A stretch of 64,000 bases of DNA from an uncultured Christensenella sp. (GTDB taxonomy: Bacteria; Bacillota; Clostridia; Christensenellales; UBA3700): contig CASERZ010000005.1 of the NCBI GenBank assembly GCA_949290515.1, positions 101,856-165,855 of the forward strand, given 5' to 3'. The translations under genes and the position numbers were made by a program. Shown one piece after another: positions 27,843 to 36,363 of the stretch. Below the pieces are notes generated by a model that saw only the letters and a list, made by a program, of their open reading frames with translations, had not been told where the DNA came from and did no database searches. The first letter of the stretch is position 1, and each line of letters opens with the position of its first letter.

Positions 27843-30365
27843 TTATTTGTCGAAAGTACGCGCGATATAGTTGACGAAATTGACGGGCATAAAGAATATT
27901 GACGTCTTGATGAGTTTGTCTTTAAGAGGTGAATTTTTGCGGGGGATATCGCACAGCGAGCGTACGGATATCTTCTCTTTGAGAGATTCGGGAGTTTCTC
28001 CTTCCGCGTCGAATTCTATTACGCGCTTGTGATTGGGAAGCATATCGAAATAGTTGTCGCTGAGAGGAGTACTCAGCCCTTTCAGACGTATCTCAACAAA
28101 ACGTGCATAGGCGTTGCTGACAAGTTCGAGTTTTGCTTTGTCGTCTTTCAGCGATACCTTGTAAGAGATGTCGGCTTTGACGAGTTTGGCTTTGTTTTCG
28201 TCGGTGAGAGGAAGGGTATCGAAACTTATCACGTTGTCGTCCGTATCGAGTGCGACGGCATAGAAATAGCAATCGCGTTTTTTGCAGCCTTTGGGGAGTT
28301 TGTCGAGAGAAAGCGAGGTGATTTTGCCTACGGAGTCTTCCTCGAAATCCAAAGTATTTGTGTGCGCAATCAGCAAATTGCCGTCGTAGGTAGCTATGCC
28401 GTATCTTACCTTTGCCTTGAGTTTTTCTCCGTCGTTGACCAGATAGAGGTTGACGACGTTTTTCTCCATACGAATGGAAATTATGCTGTTTTGATTAAAG
28501 CGTCTTGCCATATATTGCAAGGCTTTCATATTGCCGTAATAGTCCATACCCGACCACGAATTTACGCCCCAGCAATCGTTGTATTGCCAGTAGAGCGCGC
28601 CGTTGCAGCGGTGCTTCTTTCTGCGCCAGCCCTCGGTAGCGTTTTTGACGCAAAGAGCCTGTGTGAGCTGAGAGAGATATACCGTATCGAGAAAGTTTGC
28701 GGGCGTCCAGAATTTTGACAGCATATAGTAAGTAATTTTGCTGTTGCCCCCTATGCACTTCTGATGAAGTTTTGCTATAGGCGCGTCAAAGCCCGAGTAT
28801 TCCATTCCCTCGGAAAATTGTTCGATAGCATTGAGAGAGGGCAGGGATTCTATGCCGAATTCGCTGCAAAAACGCGTATCGTTTTTAGCGTAATAGTCCA
28901 GTTTTCTCAGTCCGTGCCATACGTGCCACAGATGAGTATCGCCGTAATCGCAGCTGTTTATTTTCTGCATATACGTGCCGCTTGAAGGGGTGCACGCCCA
29001 ATAAGGGGTAACGTCGTCCACGGTTTTCAAAAACTCGGGCAGAGTCTTGTAGAAGAATTCACCCGTATATTTTATCACGTCTTTTCTGTACAGCCACGCC
29101 ATAGACATAGATTCTATCTCGTTGTTGCCCGCCCACAGGCACAGGCAAGCGTGATGTTTAAGACGCAATACGTTGTCTTTTATTTCCGCAAGTACGTTGT
29201 CCACAAAGGACTTATCGTCGAAAGGATAGGGCGAGCAAGCGAAGTTGAAGTCCTGCCATACGAGTATGCCCATTCTGTCGCAAAGGTCATAGAAAGCGTC
29301 GCTTTCGTAATAACCTCCGCCCCATACTCTCAGCATATTCATATTGCAGTCTTTGGCTTTGAGAATGAGGTCGTGAAGTCTTTGCGTCGATACGTTGGTA
29401 ATAAAACTGTCTGCGGGTACCCAGTTCGCGCCTCTGGCAAAAATCTTTTTGCCGTTGAGATAGAAGCAGAAATTCTTGCCGTACATATCTTCTTTTGTAT
29501 CGAGTTTTATGGTTCTGAGGCCTATTTTCATCGAGCGGGTATCAACTACTTTATTGCCCTGCGAAACGATTATATCGAGGTCGTAGAGATTGGCATCTCC
29601 CATATTGTTGCACCACCACAGTTTGGGGCGAAGCACGTCGAGGGAGGCAGCGTTGTCTCCTCCTTTGTAGCGTGCGATTTGCTTGTCGCCGAACGAGAGA
29701 GTATAGCTGTATTCGAGCTGTTCGTCTCCCGAAACCTCAGTATTTATTTTGAGTTCCACCATATCCTGTCGGTGGATTTGCTTGATATCTACGCGCACGA
29801 TTTTGCCTGCGTCGAAACACTTTATATAGCAGTCTTTGGATATTCCTGCGGTAAGCAGGTGAGGACCCCAGTCCCAGCCGAAGTGATAGGGACTTTTGCG
29901 TATATGGCAAGAGCCTGCTTCTCCCAGAGTGGAGTTGGGTAGAGGGTGTTGGGCTTGTTTTGCTTTGACGTATTCCAAAGGGGAAGCGAAGTCGACACGC
30001 AGCGAATTTATGCCGGCTTTGACTATGTTTTTGACATTGAAAGCGTAATGGCGGTTGATATTGTCCGTATTCGCGACTTTAGTATCGTTTACGTAAACCG
30101 TAGCGAGAGTGTCGAGCATTTCGAAATTGAGTTCTATGAATTCGTAGGACAAATCCTCTTGCGTAAGCGTAAACTGTTTTGAATACGACCAGTCGCATTC
30201 TCCTACCCACTGTACGAGGTTTTCGTTGAGTGCGGTGAGAGGATTGGGAATAACGCCGTGAGAATAAAGGTCTGAAAAGACGTTGCCGGGTACGGTGACG
30301 TCATAAGTCTTGTCGTCGCCGATTTTTTTGAGCGACCATTTGCCGTTGAGAATAAATTTTTTCAT
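27843..30365 (-). CDS. Glycoside hydrolase family 2 beta-mannosidase
   Basis: 840 aa. N-terminus KWSLKK..VPGNVFSDLY..G.IP.P typical of beta-mannosidases, RVWGGGYYE, and the catalytic WAGNNE block. Confidence 0.8.
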   Translation of the reverse strand: MKKFILNGKWSLKKIGDDKTYDVTVPGNVFSDLYSHGVIPNPLTALNENLVQWVGECDWSYSKQFTLTQEDLSYEFIELNFEMLDTLATVYVNDTKVANTDNINRHYAFNVKNIVKAGINSLRVDFASPLEYVKAKQAQHPLPNSTLGEAGSCHIRKSPYHFGWDWGPHLLTAGISKDCYIKCFDAGKIVRVDIKQIHRQDMVELKINTEVSGDEQLEYSYTLSFGDKQIARYKGGDNAASLDVLRPKLWWCNNMGDANLYDLDIIVSQGNKVVDTRSMKIGLRTIKLDTKEDMYGKNFCFYLNGKKIFARGANWVPADSFITNVSTQRLHDLILKAKDCNMNMLRVWGGGYYESDAFYDLCDRMGILVWQDFNFACSPYPFDDKSFVDNVLAEIKDNVLRLKHHACLCLWAGNNEIESMSMAWLYRKDVIKYTGEFFYKTLPEFLKTVDDVTPYWACTPSSGTYMQKINSCDYGDTHLWHVWHGLRKLDYYAKNDTRFCSEFGIESLPSLNAIEQFSEGMEYSGFDAPIAKLHQKCIGGNSKITYYMLSKFWTPANFLDTVYLSQLTQALCVKNATEGWRRKKHRCNGALYWQYNDCWGVNSWSGMDYYGNMKALQYMARRFNQNSIISIRMEKNVVNLYLVNDGEKLKAKVRYGIATYDGNLLIAHTNTLDFEEDSVGKITSLSLDKLPKGCKKRDCYFYAVALDTDDNVISFDTLPLTDENKAKLVKADISYKVSLKDDKAKLELVSNAYARFVEIRLKGLSTPLSDNYFDMLPNHKRVIEFDAEGETPESLKEKISVRSLCDIPRKNSPLKDKLIKTSIFFMPVNFVNYIARTFDK

Positions 30366-30675
30366 AAAATCCCCTTTAGAAAAAATAAATGCTACATATA
30401 CTTTAACATTTTTAACAGTTCAAGTCAATAGCCTTGTTAAGCACCCGTCGGCACAAGTATTCACAACAGGCTTAATGCGAAATAACGGACAAGTAAAAAT
30501 GAAGGTATTGTCTTAATACGGTAAGGAAAAGGGGGACTGAAAAAGGGGGCTGAGTGCGGAAATGAGCGCGGACGATTTATATTTTTTTAACAAGAAGCGC
30601 GATATTGTCCATTTATCGAGAGTATAAAACGTAGTATAATATAGACAACAAACATAGAATAAAGGGGTAAAGATT

Positions 30676-31803
30676 ATGGCAAAACTCAACAAAAAACAAA
30701 AGATAATAATCGGCATAACCGTGCCTTTGGCGGTGGTCGTGATAGTTCTCGTATCCGTACTTGCGTCATTTGCGTATTTTCCCTACCGCAAGGGCGAGGT
30801 CGAAAAAGCTACGAGTATAGCTCTTCCGTCCGACGGCGTGGTGAGAGTACTTCATCTTACAGATTTGCATCTCATATCTACCGATACGAAGAAGCAGGAC
30901 AAGCAGACTCTCAAATGGGTAGAACAAGCGATAGAATTCGCTGACCCCGATATAGTAGCCGTTACGGGAGACGCAGTAGGCTCGCTCGCGCCTTTCAGAA
31001 TGAGGGATAAATCGCTCATAGCTTTGGCGGAAATATTTGAGGAAAAGCAGGTATACTGGATGCTTACTTTCGGCAATCACGACGGTGAGTGGTCATACGC
31101 TTCGGGCGGAGAGGTAGGCGCGGATAACCGCGACGAGGGCAAACAAGAGCTTGCCGATTTGCTCAAAGGATACAAGTATTCGCTTTTGCAGACGGGAGAT
31201 ACCGACGGCGTAGGTAATTACGTAATAGACGTAGTAAGCGAAGAAGGAAAAGCCGTATACGCTTTTGTCAATATGGACAGCCACGACAAGGCTTTTGACG
31301 AAAACGGGAATAAACTTGGTTACAGCGGACTGACCGCCAACCAGGTAGTTTGGTACGAGGAGCAGATGAACGCGCTCGAGGAAAGAGCGGGCGGAGAGGT
31401 AGTCAAGTCTGCGTTGTTTATGCACGTGCCTTTGTACGAGTATAATGACGCGTGGCTCAATTACGAGCATACGGGCGGATTTGCTCCGGTATATACCGAG
31501 GGAACGGTATATTGTGCAGACGAAAATATAGGATTTTTCGATAAGATGCTTGAACTCGGGAGCACGGATTTCGTGGGCGTAGGACACGACCACGACTTTA
31601 ATTTCGCAATAGATTATAAGGGGGTTTATCTCACTTACGGCAGAGTGTCGGGAGTCAACGCGTGGAGAAGACGTACGCCCGTCGGCGCGAGCGTGATTGA
31701 TATCAACGTAAATGCCGAAAGCTTGCAATCGCGATACAAATTCACCGTTTTGGAGCCTACGTTCGACTATGAAGAATGGGAAGGCTGGGCATACGGCTGG
31801 TAA
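30676..31803 (+). CDS. Membrane-anchored metallophosphoesterase
   Basis: N-terminal TM helix, then LHLTDLHL, VTGDAV, GNHD and GHDHD motifs. Confidence 0.75.
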   Translation: MAKLNKKQKIIIGITVPLAVVVIVLVSVLASFAYFPYRKGEVEKATSIALPSDGVVRVLHLTDLHLISTDTKKQDKQTLKWVEQAIEFADPDIVAVTGDAVGSLAPFRMRDKSLIALAEIFEEKQVYWMLTFGNHDGEWSYASGGEVGADNRDEGKQELADLLKGYKYSLLQTGDTDGVGNYVIDVVSEEGKAVYAFVNMDSHDKAFDENGNKLGYSGLTANQVVWYEEQMNALEERAGGEVVKSALFMHVPLYEYNDAWLNYEHTGGFAPVYTEGTVYCADENIGFFDKMLELGSTDFVGVGHDHDFNFAIDYKGVYLTYGRVSGVNAWRRRTPVGASVIDINVNAESLQSRYKFTVLEPTFDYEEWEGWAYGW

Positions 31804-31817
31804 GAAAAAAGAGTTCG

Positions 31818-31846
31818 AAAACGCGCCGATGAGGCGCGTTTTTTGT
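31818..31846 (+). terminator. Rho-independent terminator
   Basis: ACGCGCC-GATGA-GGCGCGT followed by TTTTT. Confidence 0.8.
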
Positions 31847-32056
31847 TATCGGCAATATCCTTTTTACAGGCATATTTACGGGCAGACGGTATTGCCGAGT
31901 GTCGACTCGTTATAGTATAGAGTGTATAGTACGCGTTAGAATCGCGCAATGGCGTGCGGACAAAATACGTCTTGAATATCAAATTCCGATATGGTATAAT
32001 AAAGTATACACTATCAGTTGCGTGCAAGCGCGCGCGTTTTTGCGCAAAGGGGGAAT

Positions 32057-32965
32057 ATGCAGTTTTGGTGGTTGATACCTATCGTGCTTTTAGCTTGTGC
32101 CGTCGAAGGCTTCGCCGTATATCTTCTCAGATATAAGAATACGCTCAGCCTTATTCTTGTTACGGTAATAGCCGCTTTCGTAATGGGCTATAAGACTTTC
32201 GAGTTTGCTGGCTACCGCATACAGGGGGTGGCAGAATATCCTATAGAGTTTTCTCATATCAGCTATTTCGTATTCGGTACAATCGTGCTTTTGGGATTGA
32301 GAAGACTTTACGGTCTTGCGGGATACTGCGCTACGCTCACGGGACTGGGCAACGTAATAGCGTTATGCGCTTCTCCCGACTCTATGATAGAGGGCTTTCG
32401 CAGCGGCGGTTATTTTGCGCTGTCGATAATACTTCACAATCTTATGCTTTTCGGCGGCGTTCTGCTTTTGTGCAACAGCGTTAAGTTCAGAATAAAGGAT
32501 ATATGGACGGCTTTTTTGGCAATTGCATTGATATGCGGTTTTGCTCAGCTTGTGAATGCGGGACTGATATACTCAGATATCGATTACAAGGACAGCATAG
32601 TAATTCTCAAGATAATGGACGGCAGAATTTTCGAGTACATCGTACCGCCCGAAAAACTTACGGTAGCGGGAAAGGTAATAGGGTGTATAGTTTTGTTTCT
32701 TGCGGTATGCGGCAGCGTGGTGCTGTACTATTGGGGCAACAACAAAATCTATGCCCGCAAAGAAAAGCTTGCAGAGCAAAAGGGTATAGATATAAGCTGT
32801 AAAAAGATTGGTATTATACCGCTTGTCGTTTGCGTTGCGGGCAAAATCGGTGAGAAAAAGAAAGCTTTGAAAGATGCGCAGGATTGCACAAGTCAAAGCT
32901 CGGGACAAGACGTATCTGACGAAAGCGTAAAAGAGAAGGACGGTTTAAACAATATCGACGAATGA
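32057..32965 (+). CDS. Polytopic membrane protein, unknown function
   Basis: Seven or so hydrophobic helices plus an acidic Ser-rich tail. ATG behind GGGGGA. Confidence 0.6.
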   Translation: MQFWWLIPIVLLACAVEGFAVYLLRYKNTLSLILVTVIAAFVMGYKTFEFAGYRIQGVAEYPIEFSHISYFVFGTIVLLGLRRLYGLAGYCATLTGLGNVIALCASPDSMIEGFRSGGYFALSIILHNLMLFGGVLLLCNSVKFRIKDIWTAFLAIALICGFAQLVNAGLIYSDIDYKDSIVILKIMDGRIFEYIVPPEKLTVAGKVIGCIVLFLAVCGSVVLYYWGNNKIYARKEKLAEQKGIDISCKKIGIIPLVVCVAGKIGEKKKALKDAQDCTSQSSGQDVSDESVKEKDGLNNIDE

Positions 32966-33052
32966 GAAAGAGAAAAAGACAGATAAGATAAAATAATAGG
33001 TATAAGAAAAAGGAGCGCGGCTTGCACTCCTTTTTTACTGTGTATTGACTTG

Positions 33053-33328
33053 TCAGTCTTTGAGAAACTTTTTGTATCCTTTTCCGTACTGAAGACATCT
33101 CGAAACTCTCGACAGAGTAGCAGAGGATATCTCAGTAGCTTCGATAACTTTTGCATAAGTAAGCCCGCTTTTGAGAAGCTTTGCCGCTTTAAGACGCTGA
33201 GCCATCTGCTCGAGCTCTTTATTCGTGCATAAGTCCTCGAAGAGAATACGGCAGTCTTCTTGGCTGTTTAACTCTGCAATCAGCGAATACAGTTCGCTTA
33301 GCATATTTTCTCTTTGTATCTCGTCCAT
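33053..33328 (-). CDS. TrpR-like YerC/YecD family protein
   Basis: 91 aa with ELEQMAQRLKAAKLLKSGLTYAKVIEATEISSATLSRVSRCLQYG. Confidence 0.75.
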   Translation of the reverse strand: MDEIQRENMLSELYSLIAELNSQEDCRILFEDLCTNKELEQMAQRLKAAKLLKSGLTYAKVIEATEISSATLSRVSRCLQYGKGYKKFLKD

Positions 33329-33331
33329 ATA

Positions 33332-34321
33332 TCACTCCTCGTCGATAGACTTTTCGCTTTCCGCAAGGAACGCTTTTGTCTTTTCGCTCACGGGGTTGTC
33401 AAAGACTTGCGAGGGAGTACCCTCTTCTTCTACCACTCCGTCTGCCATAAAGACCACTTTATCTGCGACTTTTTTGGCAAACTGCATTTCGTGAGTTACG
33501 ACTATCATAGTGTGTCCGTCTTTTTTGAGGTCGCGTATTACTTTGAGTACCTCTCTCGTCAGTTCGGGGTCAAGCGCGCTTGTAGGTTCGTCGAAGCAGA
33601 GTATATCGGGTTGGAGAATGAGCGCACGTGCAATCGCTACGCGTTGCTGTTGACCGCCCGAGAGTTCGCAGGGATAGCTATTGAGCTTTTCTCCCAGTCC
33701 TACGCGGTTGAGAAGAGCGACGGCTTTTTCTTTGATTTCAGCCATTGCTTTAGCGCGTTTTTCCCTCTCTTCCTTACTCCATCTTTTGAATCCTTTAGGT
33801 GCGCTCGCGCCGTATTTCAGCTGTGCGGCAAGAGTTACGTTTTTGAGGACGTTGAAGTGAGGGAAGAGATTGAACGACTGAAATACCATTCCGAAGTGTC
33901 CTCTCTTGGAGTCAATGAGTTTTTGCATCTGTTTGCTGATTTTCTCGGGTTTGACTTTTTTTGCGCGTTTGGATTTTCCCTCACCCTCTTGCGCCTGTAT
34001 TGATTGAGAAGCGTCTTGGGAAGTATGGGCGTACTTTACGCTTTCGCACTCTCCCGAGAGGGGAGTATCGTTATCGTCAGCTTGGGCTGAGTTCTCGGCG
34101 GAAAGTTTGTCTATGGAAAAAATCTCCTCGCCCTTGAGATATATATCCGCTTTGTCGGGTATCTCGAGGAAGTTCAGACATCTCAAAAGCGTGGTTTTTC
34201 CGCTGCCGGACGAGCCGATTATCGCGAGGACCTGACCTTCGTCCAAAGTGAGGTCTATGCCTTTGAGAACTTTGACCGTTCCGAAATTCTTATATACGTT
34301 TTTAACTTCGTAGAATGCCAT
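33332..34321 (-). CDS. Amino-acid ABC transporter ATP-binding protein with internal insertion
   Basis: Walker A GSSGSGKTT, LSGGQQQRVAIARAL and Walker B ILCFDEPTSALD. An extra acidic/basic segment of roughly 65-85 aa lies between Walker A and the Q-loop. Confidence 0.85.
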   Translation of the reverse strand: MAFYEVKNVYKNFGTVKVLKGIDLTLDEGQVLAIIGSSGSGKTTLLRCLNFLEIPDKADIYLKGEEIFSIDKLSAENSAQADDNDTPLSGECESVKYAHTSQDASQSIQAQEGEGKSKRAKKVKPEKISKQMQKLIDSKRGHFGMVFQSFNLFPHFNVLKNVTLAAQLKYGASAPKGFKRWSKEEREKRAKAMAEIKEKAVALLNRVGLGEKLNSYPCELSGGQQQRVAIARALILQPDILCFDEPTSALDPELTREVLKVIRDLKKDGHTMIVVTHEMQFAKKVADKVVFMADGVVEEEGTPSQVFDNPVSEKTKAFLAESEKSIDEE

Positions 34322-34329
34322 AGTCCACC

Positions 34330-34977
34330 TCACGCCTTATAGTAATCCGTACGCTTTTCAAGCCATTTGAAGACTAGCGTCAAAAGTCCGCTCATAGCGA
34401 GATAGAATACGCCCGTGTAGAACAGCGGCCATATAATAGCGTACGTTGCTACTATGCCCTTTGCCGTGAGAATAATCTCGGGAAGAGCGATAATATTGGC
34501 AATCGAGGTATCCTTTACGAGGGTAATTACCTCGTTGCCCATTGCGGGCGTAATTTTCTTGACTACCTGAGGGAAGATGACAAGTCCGTTTACGCTGGCT
34601 TTTGACATACCCAGCACTTTTCCCGCTTCGTACTGTCCTTTTGGCATAGCCATAATACCGCCTCTGTAAATCTCCGCGAAGTAAGCCGCGTAATTGATTG
34701 AAAAAGCGATAAGCGCGGCAAGAAACCTGTCCTTCATAGGCATATCGAAGATAAGACCGGGGCCGTACATCACGACTATTACCTGAAGCATAAGAGGCGT
34801 ACCTCTTATTATCCATATAAAGGTATTGGCAATCCACTTGACGGGGCGGAATCTCGACATAGCGCACGCGCATACTACCACGCCCAGAGGTATTGCGATT
34901 ACCAGCGTGAGGAAAAACAATCCCAGTGTATACTTGGCGGCGTCGAGAAACTGAATGTTAACGTCTGCAAAACTCAT
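34330..34977 (-). CDS. Amino-acid ABC transporter permease (HisM/GlnP type)
   Basis: 215 aa, about 5 TM helices, EAA-like loop (EAGKVLGMSK). Confidence 0.85.
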   Translation of the reverse strand: MSFADVNIQFLDAAKYTLGLFFLTLVIAIPLGVVVCACAMSRFRPVKWIANTFIWIIRGTPLMLQVIVVMYGPGLIFDMPMKDRFLAALIAFSINYAAYFAEIYRGGIMAMPKGQYEAGKVLGMSKASVNGLVIFPQVVKKITPAMGNEVITLVKDTSIANIIALPEIILTAKGIVATYAIIWPLFYTGVFYLAMSGLLTLVFKWLEKRTDYYKA

Positions 34978-34980
34978 ACG

Positions 34981-35820
34981 TTAAGCCTCTGAATTGTAAG
35001 CGATAGGAGCATAGAGGGTATAGCCGATTACGATAGTACCCTTGTTTGCGAGGTATTCCCAGCCGGATTTTTCTTCATCGGAGAGAGTATCCCATACGGA
35101 GGTATAAGCAACGTCGCAGAGTTCGCTTTCGAGTCCGTAAGCCTTAGCGATTTCGGCAAGCTTGCCGTTGGACTGGAGAGTAGCGAGAGCGGTATTGATT
35201 TTGTCGATGGTACCCAAATCGCCTTTGCGTGCCGCAATACCGTATTTTTCTTCTACGAATACGAGGTCGGGTACGATAGCGAGGTCGCTGAACTTAGTAT
35301 CGGCGTTGCAATAGAAGTTCGCGAGTACCGAGTCGAGGATAACTACGTCGCTGGAGCCGGAGAGAACGTCGGTAAGAGCCATCATCTGACTGCTTGCGCC
35401 GACGGTATTGGAAAAACCTTGTTCTTTAGCTACGTCTTCACCCGCGCTTCCCAGCTCGAAAGTAACGGTAGCGTTTTTCATACTCTCTGCGGTAGCGTAT
35501 TTTGAGAGGTTGGACTTTTTGACTACGGCTACCTGCTTGTTGTTGAGGTAGGGGGTAGAGATTGCCATATTCGCTTCACGCTCTGCAGTGATTGTAAGAC
35601 CGTTCCAGATAAGGTCGATAGACTTGCTTTCGAGTTCTGTCTCTTTAGCGTCCCAGCTGATGAGCTGAAATTCTACCTTGACGCCGAGTTCTTCGGCTAC
35701 TGCTTTGGCGAGGTCTACGTCAAAGCCTATGAGCTGAGAGGGGGAACAAGCCGCAAAAGCCGATACCGCGCCTACAATCATTACTACCGCCAAAATGACG
35801 GCGATTATTCTTTTTTTCAT
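34981..35820 (-). CDS. ABC transporter substrate-binding lipoprotein (family 3)
   Basis: Lipobox FAAC. GFDVDLAKAVA and SWD..IPELESKSIDLIWNG-like blocks. Confidence 0.85.
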   Translation of the reverse strand: MKKRIIAVILAVVMIVGAVSAFAACSPSQLIGFDVDLAKAVAEELGVKVEFQLISWDAKETELESKSIDLIWNGLTITAEREANMAISTPYLNNKQVAVVKKSNLSKYATAESMKNATVTFELGSAGEDVAKEQGFSNTVGASSQMMALTDVLSGSSDVVILDSVLANFYCNADTKFSDLAIVPDLVFVEEKYGIAARKGDLGTIDKINTALATLQSNGKLAEIAKAYGLESELCDVAYTSVWDTLSDEEKSGWEYLANKGTIVIGYTLYAPIAYNSEA

Positions 35821-35866
35821 AATAAACTCCTTTTTGTCTTAGCTCGTAAGACGGGTTAGTGAAGAC

Positions 35867-35895
35867 ATTATACTTTATTTCGCTAAAGTTGTAAA
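35867..35895 (-). promoter_or_regulatory. Candidate promoter of the ABC transporter operon
   Basis: On the minus strand: TTTACA, 17 nt, TATAAT, about 45 nt upstream of the ATG. Confidence 0.5.
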
Positions 35896-36285
35896 GTGAA
35901 ATTGCATAAAATTTTTTATTTATTACAGCGGTTGCGTATAAGGCGGGCGGGACAGCAAAGGCGAAAGATAAAAGAGCTGTTTTGCAAGGCTTTTGCACGC
36001 AAAACAAACTTTTTAGACCGACAGTATCAGGTATTTCATAGAGGGTAAAAAAATTTTAAAAAAAGTTTTGAAAAAAATGAAATAAATTGCGATACAAAAA
36101 GGTATTTATAGTGTAGTAAAGATAAACGGAACGCAAAACCTGCTTGTCAAGGGCATACGTTTTGCGGAAAACAAAAATAAAAAGGATTGATATAGCATAC
36201 AAGTTAGTTGCAAAAAAAACTTATCCCTGACAGTATCCCGAATGTACAAAATCCTGCAATTACAGAATGCTATAAACAATATGCG

Positions 36286-36316
36286 AAAGGCTTGCCGATT
36301 GATGGCAAGCCTTTTT
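36286..36316. terminator. Hairpin terminator, strand ambiguous
   Basis: AAGGCTTGCC-GATTGAT-GGCAAGCCTT. The T-run is good on the + strand and weak on the minus strand. It lies 48 nt downstream of the GH38 stop. Confidence 0.5.
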
Positions 36317-36363
36317 ACATTATTTGTTAATTTTTTAAGATAAGTGCGATTGTTGATACGCTC

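Noticed and set aside
36087-36316. A possible + strand small RNA ending at the 36286-36316 hairpin.
   Set aside because: I found no convincing + strand promoter. The hairpin is equally well explained as the weak-T-run terminator of the convergent GH38 gene 48 nt away.
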